Under the pieces are notes generated by a model. That model was given only the letters and a program-made list of their open reading frames with translations, had not been told where the DNA came from and made no database searches. From Myxococcales bacterium (GTDB lineage: Bacteria > Myxococcota_A > Polyangia > Polyangiales > DASUME01), in contig JASGJH010000001.1 in the NCBI GenBank assembly GCA_047601445.1, forward strand, positions 6,176,001 through 6,240,000: a stretch of 64,000 nucleotides of DNA. Direction: 5' to 3'. Each line of letters begins with the position of its first letter. Positions within the stretch are counted from its first letter, which is position 1. Made by a program: the position numbers and the translations under genes. Shown piece after piece: positions 57,578 to 64,000 of this stretch.

Positions 57578-60190
57578 TCAGAACCCCTGGATCAACACGT
57601 CGCGGCGCCCGCCGGCCTTGCCCGAAGCGGGGCCGACCACGCCTTCCTTCTCCATGCGCTCCACCAGCTTGGCCGCCTTGTTGTAGCCGACGCCCAGCTG
57701 GCGCTGCAGGTGGCTGATGGAGCAGTAACCGGCCTGCGCCACGATGGCCACGGCCTTGTCGTACATGGGGTCGTCGCTCTTGGGGCCGGTGAGGGCGGGG
57801 CCGCCTTCGCCGTCTTCGTCGTCGCGCGGGCGCAGGATGTTCTCGTCGTACACGGGCTTGCCCTGCAGGCGCAGGTTGTCGCAGAGGGCTGTGACTTCGT
57901 CCTCGCTGATGTACGCGCTGTGCACGCGCTTGAGGTCGCTCGCGCCAGGCGGAATGATCAGCATGTCGCCCATGCCGAGCAGGTGTTCGGCGCCCTGACG
58001 ACCGAGGATGGTCTTCGAGTCTTCGCGCTGGCTCACCTTGAACGCAATGCGCGCCGGGAAGTTCGCCTTGATCATGCCCGTGATCACGTCGACGCTGGGA
58101 CGCTGTGTGGCGAGGATCACGTGGATACCCGCGGCGCGTGCCTTCTGGGCCAGGCGCGCGATGGCGGCCTCGACGTCCTTGGCCGCCACCATCATGAGGT
58201 CGGCGAACTCGTCGACCACCAACACCACGTAGGGCAGCTTCTCGGGCGTGGGCAGCTCGTCGGGCTTCTCGTCGCCCTCGGGCCACAGCCACATTTCTTC
58301 GCCGTTGGGGCCGGTGCTCTTGACCTTGCCTGCGCGGGTGGGCCACAGCTTCTCGGCCGACATCTCGCCCGAGATTACCTTTTCCACGCGCTGGTTGTAG
58401 CTGGTGACGTTGCGCGCGCCGGCGTCTGCGAACAGCTGGTAGCGGCGCTCCATCTCGTCCACCGCCCAGCGCAGCGCGAGCGAGGCCTTCTTCATGTCGG
58501 TCACCACCGGCAGCAGCATGTGCGGGATGCCGTCGTAGACCGCGAGCTCGACCATCTTGGGGTCGATCATCAACAGGCGCACTTCTTCGGGCGTGCGCTT
58601 GAACAGCAGCGAGGCGAGCATGACGTTGAGGCCCACGCTCTTGCCGGCGCCGGTGGCACCCGCCACCAGAAGATGCGGCATCTTGGACAGATCGCCGTAG
58701 TAGGGCTGGCCCGCGATGTCTTTGCCGAGCGCGATCGGCAAGGGGCCGTTCTGCTTCTCCCAGCGCTCGTCCTCGAGAATCTGACGCAGGCTCACGGTCT
58801 GGCGCTGCGCGTTGGGCAGCTCGAAGCCCACGCGTGCCTTGCCCGGGATGGGCGCAACGATGCGCACCTTTTGGGCGGCGAGGCTCATCGCGAGGTCGTC
58901 GGAGAGGCCGGCGATCTTGGAGATCTTGGTGCCGCTCTTGGGCTCGAACTCGTACATCGTGACCACGGGACCCGGGTGGATCTCGTCCACGCGCCCGGTC
59001 ACGCCATAGGCCTCGAGCTTCTCCACCAGCTTGGCGGCGTTCTGCTTGAGCTGCGCGGCGTCGATGTGCACGTCCGAAGCCACCACGGGATCGAGGAGGC
59101 CGGTGGCAGGCAACGAATAGGTGGCCTTCTCGCCCTCGGCCTGCGCCGGCGCGGCCTTGGCGGGACGCTGCTGCGCGTCGGGCGAAGGCGCGACGATGGT
59201 GGGGCCCTTCTCGGGGGCGGCCTTCTTGGGCGCGGTTCCGGGCTTGGGGATTTTGGAGAAGTGAGTGGCCTCGGCCTTCTCTTCCGCCTCCTGCTCCTCG
59301 TCCTCTTCTTCGCCTTCTTCTTCCTCGTCCTCGTCCTCGTCCTCGCCCTTTGCCTCGTACCCTTCGGGCTCTTCGATGAAGTCCTCGTCGTCCTCTTCAT
59401 CCTCGAAGAGATCGTCCTCGTCTTCATCCTCGTCGTCGTGCGCCCGCGCGTCCTCGTCGACGTCTTCTTCTTCCTCGTCCTCTTCCTCGTCCTGCACGCC
59501 CACCACGCGCGGCTCGTTGCGCTTGGCTTCCTTCTCGCGCTGGATCCGCTCGAGCTCCTTGGCCTCACGCCAGGCCTCGGTCACCGCGCCCAGACCGTTG
59601 CGGGCCGCCATGAAGCTCTTGGCGCAGCGCGCCCACAGCATGCTCACGCTCTTGGTGGTCAGCCCGGTGACGCTCACGGTCGTGCGCAGCACCAGGGTCG
59701 TAAGCAGCACCGACGTGCCCACCACGAAGGCCCCCACCAGGCCGAACAGCGAGCGCAGGAGCTCCCCGAACACCTCGCCGAGCACGCCCCCTGGCAGCTG
59801 CCCCCCGAACACGCGCAGCTCCGGGCAGGCCAGGTGCACCAACCCGCAGCCCACGATCAACAACACCACCGTGGCGGCCAGGTTGGCGGCGCCCAGGGGT
59901 GAGCTCTTCCGGCTGAAGATGCGCACCGTAAAGGAGGCGAACTCGAAGGGCACTACCCAGGCCGCCAGGCCGAAGGTCATGCTGAGCAGGTTGGCCAAGC
60001 CGTGTCCGACCGGTCCAATCCAGTTTTCCCCGCTCTTGGGCCCATAGGAAATCAGGGACAGGCTCAGCAACAGGGTCGCGGCCAGGGCGGCGATTCCCAC
60101 CACCTCTTGGCCCCGACTTCCCTCGAGATCCCGGGCAGATTCTTCGTTTCTCGGAGCTTTCGTAGCAGCGACACGGGTTGCCAAGCGCAC
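57578..60190 (-). CDS. ftsK: DNA translocase FtsK
   Basis: N-terminal 4TM (NWIGPVG), PGPVVT, RIVAPIPGK, GATGAGKS, IDPKMVEL, VDEFADLM, ATQRPSVDV, gamma domain LQRQLGVGYNKAA. Confidence 0.97.
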   Translation of the reverse strand: MRLATRVAATKAPRNEESARDLEGSRGQEVVGIAALAATLLLSLSLISYGPKSGENWIGPVGHGLANLLSMTFGLAAWVVPFEFASFTVRIFSRKSSPLGAANLAATVVLLIVGCGLVHLACPELRVFGGQLPGGVLGEVFGELLRSLFGLVGAFVVGTSVLLTTLVLRTTVSVTGLTTKSVSMLWARCAKSFMAARNGLGAVTEAWREAKELERIQREKEAKRNEPRVVGVQDEEEDEEEEDVDEDARAHDDEDEDEDDLFEDEEDDEDFIEEPEGYEAKGEDEDEDEEEEGEEEDEEQEAEEKAEATHFSKIPKPGTAPKKAAPEKGPTIVAPSPDAQQRPAKAAPAQAEGEKATYSLPATGLLDPVVASDVHIDAAQLKQNAAKLVEKLEAYGVTGRVDEIHPGPVVTMYEFEPKSGTKISKIAGLSDDLAMSLAAQKVRIVAPIPGKARVGFELPNAQRQTVSLRQILEDERWEKQNGPLPIALGKDIAGQPYYGDLSKMPHLLVAGATGAGKSVGLNVMLASLLFKRTPEEVRLLMIDPKMVELAVYDGIPHMLLPVVTDMKKASLALRWAVDEMERRYQLFADAGARNVTSYNQRVEKVISGEMSAEKLWPTRAGKVKSTGPNGEEMWLWPEGDEKPDELPTPEKLPYVVLVVDEFADLMMVAAKDVEAAIARLAQKARAAGIHVILATQRPSVDVITGMIKANFPARIAFKVSQREDSKTILGRQGAEHLLGMGDMLIIPPGASDLKRVHSAYISEDEVTALCDNLRLQGKPVYDENILRPRDDEDGEGGPALTGPKSDDPMYDKAVAIVAQAGYCSISHLQRQLGVGYNKAAKLVERMEKEGVVGPASGKAGGRRDVLIQGF

Positions 60191-60453
60191 CTCTCCCTAC
60201 TGCCGGAGGGTACGGGTGGCTCGGAAGACCGGTCAACAAATGGACTTCCGGCCCCGATGTGGTCGAATGGAACGCGGGTGTCGGGGGTGCAAACCCTGCG
60301 GAACCCATGCAAGTTCGGTCTGTACGGTGCGCGACGGACGTCCTATCCTCGTGCCTGCCGGAAGGTCCCGGGGGGGGCCAGCAGCATGCCCCCGTCTCAG
60401 TGTTTTCCGCGCGCGGGCCCGCGCGCTCGAACGTGTACGAGGTCTGAAGAGCG

Positions 60454-61919
60454 ATGCTCGAAAAGAAAGCCCGCGTATTGGTCCTGTGCTCCCTGATCGC
60501 GTTGTCGGCTGGCTGCAAGGTCAGCGCCGAAGACATCGACTACTGGAAGGGAACGGTGAAGGGACCCGGCAAGATCACCGCCGTGATGCTGGCCGACAAA
60601 TACCCGATGGAGCTGCGCACCCAGGCGGCCCTCGCGCTGGTTCAGATGAACCGCACCGATCGCGACGGCATCGCCGACCTGCAGCAGGCCCTGGCGCGCC
60701 TCGACGACACGACCCGTGCACAGGTGGTCGCGGGGCTCGTGCCCGGCCTCGAAAAGCAGATGAACGAGGCGGATCCCAAGCTCGAGAACGGCGCACCCAG
60801 CCCGGGCCAGATCCGCGCCAAGGACGCGGCCTTCGTGCTCATTCCCTACGCTTCTCCGGAGATCAAGGCGCAGCTCACCCAGCAGGTGGTGGGCTGGTAC
60901 GCCCAGGACTTCAACGGCCGCAGCCTCTCGGGCAACTTCAGCGCCGAGCAGGTGGTGCGCGCGCTCGGCTCGCCGGCCGCCAAGGTGTTGGTGGTGGGCC
61001 TCAAGGCCCAGCTCCCGCAGCAGGCACTCGTGAAGATGGCCCAGCTCATCGGCCAGGTGGCGGACCCCGCCACCAAGAAGGAAGCCGGCGAGCGCCTCGT
61101 GGCCATCGAGCAGGAGATGGAGAGCGCCGAGTTCCTGGGCTGGATCACCAAGACCATCGAGGACCAGCAAAAGGGCAACAAGATCGACCCGGCCAAGCTC
61201 AAGAAGGCGGCCGAGATGAACCGCGACAACTTCATCAACGATGGCGCCATCGCGGCCATGAAGTGGCTGGCCGACGAGCCGCCGGTGAAGAAGCGCCTGC
61301 TTGCCCTGGCTTCTACGCCCAATAAGGCCGATCCCGAGACGCGCCGGGTGCGCGCCCTGGCCGCCCTGGAGGGCAAGGTCGACCGTGGGGACCTCCAGCA
61401 GGTGCTGGCGCTGGCCCTCGACAACAACAACCCGAAGACCGTGCGGGACTACGCCTTCGACCGCGTGGGCGACATCAAGAGTCCCGAAGCGCTCCCCTCC
61501 CTGTGGCCCCTGGTCAGCGGCGCCGAGGACCCGAAGCTGCGCTGGCGCGCAGGTGAGATGGTGCTGGCTATCGGCGGCTCGGGCATCGTCGACGAGTTCT
61601 TCTCGCGCCTGCCCGGGGGCGGCGAGTACCCCCCGAGGAGCTGGAGGGCTACGCTACCCGCATGGGTCAGATGAGCCCCCTGCCCACGGAGCAAGCCCGA
61701 CGTTTGCTCAACTCCTCAAACTGGTATGCTCGCGTGGCGGCCGTCGATTTCTTCGAGCGCAAAGGCGGCCAGGAAGACGTGAAGCGGTTGGACGCGGTGA
61801 AGTCCGACAAGGCGCCGGTCAAGGGACCGCGCTGGGGTAAGACCAAGACCGTGGGCGAAGTGGCCGATGAAGCGTTCGATTCGGCAAAGCAGCGTTTGAG
61901 CCAGGCGAGCGCTCAGTGA
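60454..61919 (+). CDS. HEAT/ARM-repeat-like lipoprotein; frameshift in the C6 run at 61629-61634
   Basis: SAGC lipobox, helical repeats. Adding one C gives YPPEELEGYATRMGQ... and joins the 61662-61919 ORF. Confidence 0.8.
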
Positions 61920-61956
61920 AGCGACGTCTGTCTGGGGCGAGCGAAGAAAAAGCACC

Positions 61957-62646
61957 ATGACTCAGGACCACAACAAGAAGACCCTGCGGCAGTTCCAGTG
62001 CCGGGATTATCTCTGGGAAATCTTCGAACAAATGGGCGCCGAGCTCGAGTGCTCCACCGACTACCTGGTGAACGAAGCGATGCGGCAATACGCGCGCTCG
62101 CGGAACTGGGGTAGCCGGGGTCGCACCAGTCAGCCGGGTGCCGCGCCCGCCATGGCCGCGGCCATGGGAGACGTGGCGGCGGCGGCTCCGCGTCAGGCTC
62201 CGCCCCCCATGCGCCCTACGCCCATGGCCGGGACCCCGGCGGCCGTTCCCCAGCCGAACCCCAATCAATCGCAGGGCTTCGCTGTACGCGGGGGAGCCTC
62301 GGCGAGCTTGCCCCCTCCGCTGCCCGGCGGCGGTGCGCCTGCGCCAGCGGCGCGCGGCGGCGGGATGCCTCCCTTGTCGGTGATCTTCAACGGCCAGAAG
62401 GTGCCGGTGAACAAGGAAGAGTTCGTGATCGGGCGCGGCTCCAAGACCGCCGATCTGCCCATCAAGGACGGCAATATCTCGCGCCGCCACGCGGCGATCG
62501 TGCTGCAGAACGGGAACTTCTACATGAAGGACCTGGGCAGCACCAACGGCATCGAGTTCAACGGCGAGCGCGTAGACAGTCGCAAGATCGAAGAGGGCGA
62601 CGTCTACCAGCTGTGTGACTACGAGCTGCGCTTCACCTATCGCTGA
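61957..62646 (+). CDS. FHA-domain protein with N-terminal ribbon-helix-helix-like domain
   Basis: RQFQCRDYLWEIFEQM...STDYLVNEAMRQY; Pro-rich linker; FVIGR...ISRRHA...DLGSTNG FHA motifs. Confidence 0.9.
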   Translation: MTQDHNKKTLRQFQCRDYLWEIFEQMGAELECSTDYLVNEAMRQYARSRNWGSRGRTSQPGAAPAMAAAMGDVAAAAPRQAPPPMRPTPMAGTPAAVPQPNPNQSQGFAVRGGASASLPPPLPGGGAPAPAARGGGMPPLSVIFNGQKVPVNKEEFVIGRGSKTADLPIKDGNISRRHAAIVLQNGNFYMKDLGSTNGIEFNGERVDSRKIEEGDVYQLCDYELRFTYR

Positions 62647-62679
62647 GCCGGTCCGCGCGACCGCAGGGTGCGAAACAGG

Positions 62680-64000
62680 ATGCAGGGGTCGGACGTCGGC
62701 GCCAGCTCGTTCTCGCCTGCTCCGGGCCCACGCGCAAACCTGGCGTCGGTCGCGTTGCCACTGCTCTTGGCCTGCGCGCTGGGAGGCGTGGCGATCCTGC
62801 GGCTGCCCGTGATCGACGACGAAGCTTTTGCCATTCAGCTCTCGCTGCGGGGCGTGGAACCCGTGTTGCGCCAGGGGCTCGGACAGGGCGGACACTTCCA
62901 TCCTCCCCTCAATGACCTGCTGCAGAGTCTGTGGCTGAGCTGCGTGACCCCGCGCCCGCTCTGGCTCGCGCGGCTGCCGGCGCTCGCGTGGTGGTTGGCC
63001 ACGTGCGCGTTGTTGCCCTGGGCGTTCGAGCCGCTCCTGGAGCGTGTGCAGCGCCGCTGGGCGGTGTGGGCCACGGTGCTGTACCCGGTACATTGGGTCC
63101 TCCCGTTCGTGGCGACCTGGTACTCGCTCGGTGCCTTCAGTGGTGTGCTCGCCAGCGGCGCGTTCTTGCGCGCTCTGCAAGCGCCCATGGGCAGCAGGTC
63201 GCTGCACGGCTGGTCGTGTCTGTGGGCGCTCTCTGTGATCACGCTCGGCTACACGGTCTTCGCCTGGCCCGCTCTGCTGTTCGGTCAGCTATGGCTCGCG
63301 CTGCGTGTGCTCCAACGGTCTGAGTGGGGAACCCGAGCGCGCAGCGTGGCGCCATGGTTGCTGGCGATCGTGCTAGGGCTGGCCCCCACCGCGTGGGTGA
63401 TCCTGGATCGCATGTCCTATGCGATCGAAGGCCAAGCGGGGGGCGGGGGATTGGTGCCGCTGGGGGCCATCTTGGCGCTGCTGGCTGGCTCCACGGTGCA
63501 GGCGAACCCGTGGCTGCTGCTGGCTGCGGTCGGCGCGACGATCGCAGGTGGGGTGGCGTGTCTGCGACGTGCCGGGCCCAGTGCCAAGGCCTTGTTCGGC
63601 GTGGGTGTCGGGGTGTTCCTGACGCTGCTGCTGACCCGCACGCTGTCGGACAAACGTCTGCTCTTGGGCAGCGTCTTCTGCACCGTGGCGCTCGGTGCAG
63701 CGGGGCACTCCGCATCCCGCCGCGCCCGCATGGCGCTCATGCTCGGGTGGGCGCCCAGTGCGCTGGGGTTTCTTTGGCCCACGGCCATGCCCATGCTCTT
63801 TCCGCGTTGGTCCGACCCCCACACCGAACTGGTGGCGAGCCACTGCAGCGCGCCCGAGCCGCGCCTGTTGTTCGTGGACCATCCTGCGCTGTGGCTGACG
63901 GCGAAGGCAGGCTGCGGCAGCGTCGCGCTCGGCGCGGAGGAGGACCCGCAGATCATCGATACCAGCGAGTCCGCGGAGGTGATCGCGCGGGTTCAGGAGG
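62680..64000 (+). CDS. Multi-TM GT-C-fold glycosyltransferase-like protein (PMT/ArnT-like), 3' truncated by the window edge
   Basis: Absent from the ORF track because it has no stop. Manual translation gives TM-IDDEAF...HPPL...RLPAL followed by many hydrophobic helices. Confidence 0.7.
   Translation, partial: MQGSDVGASSFSPAPGPRANLASVALPLLLACALGGVAILRLPVIDDEAFAIQLSLRGVEPVLRQGLGQGGHFHPPLNDLLQSLWLSCVTPRPLWLARLPALAWWLATCALLPWAFEPLLERVQRRWAVWATVLYPVHWVLPFVATWYSLGAFSGVLASGAFLRALQAPMGSRSLHGWSCLWALSVITLGYTVFAWPALLFGQLWLALRVLQRSEWGTRARSVAPWLLAIVLGLAPTAWVILDRMSYAIEGQAGGGGLVPLGAILALLAGSTVQANPWLLLAAVGATIAGGVACLRRAGPSAKALFGVGVGVFLTLLLTRTLSDKRLLLGSVFCTVALGAAGHSASRRARMALMLGWAPSALGFLWPTAMPMLFPRWSDPHTELVASHCSAPEPRLLFVDHPALWLTAKAGCGSVALGAEEDPQIIDTSESAEVIARVQE

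Noticed and set aside
60280..60380. Possible c-di-GMP-I riboswitch or SRP RNA in the ftsK divergent region (GCAAACC, CCGGAAGG)
   Set aside because: It lacks the GAAA tetraloop and GACGCAAAGC segment of the riboswitch and the CAGG..GGAAG.AGCAGC core of SRP RNA; only short chance matches are present.

Overview
High-GC chromosomal window that looks like Myxococcota (Polyangia/Sandaracinus-like). This taxonomic call is inferred from AgmX/PglI-type TonB C-terminal proteins, DUF4388 regulators, Cys-rich lipoproteins, a mevalonate cluster and a membrane Ser/Thr kinase. About 58 CDS can be supported. Housekeeping genes include a mevalonate/isoprenoid cluster (fni divergent from GGPPS-mvk-mvaD-pmk-HMGR, with no HMG-CoA synthase), cysM, glutamate dehydrogenase, an Lhr-like helicase, a YggX-like protein, dapF, ada and ftsK. 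The strongest candidate for an under-described system is a coupled four-gene operon at 23210-27564: an exported caspase-like protease fused to an outer-membrane barrel, a Cys-rich lipoprotein, an ECF sigma factor and a membrane anti-sigma. It may be a protease-triggered trans-envelope signalling module. Other candidates are a bactofilin module whose two neighbours share an N-terminal motif, and a degenerate REC-GGDEF plus REC-DUF4388-pseudoGTPase pair next to a Wzc-like pseudokinase. The window also holds an orphan MauG-like diheme enzyme, a REP/MITE-like element present twice (one copy inside a 13-bp direct repeat), twin candidate MarR operators and a hidden small ORF. Three genes are frameshifted, two of them at the same CAGAATC heptamer; these are probably long-read errors. 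I saw no rRNA, tRNA, CRISPR array or transposase. All family assignments come from motif recognition by eye; no database searches were run.
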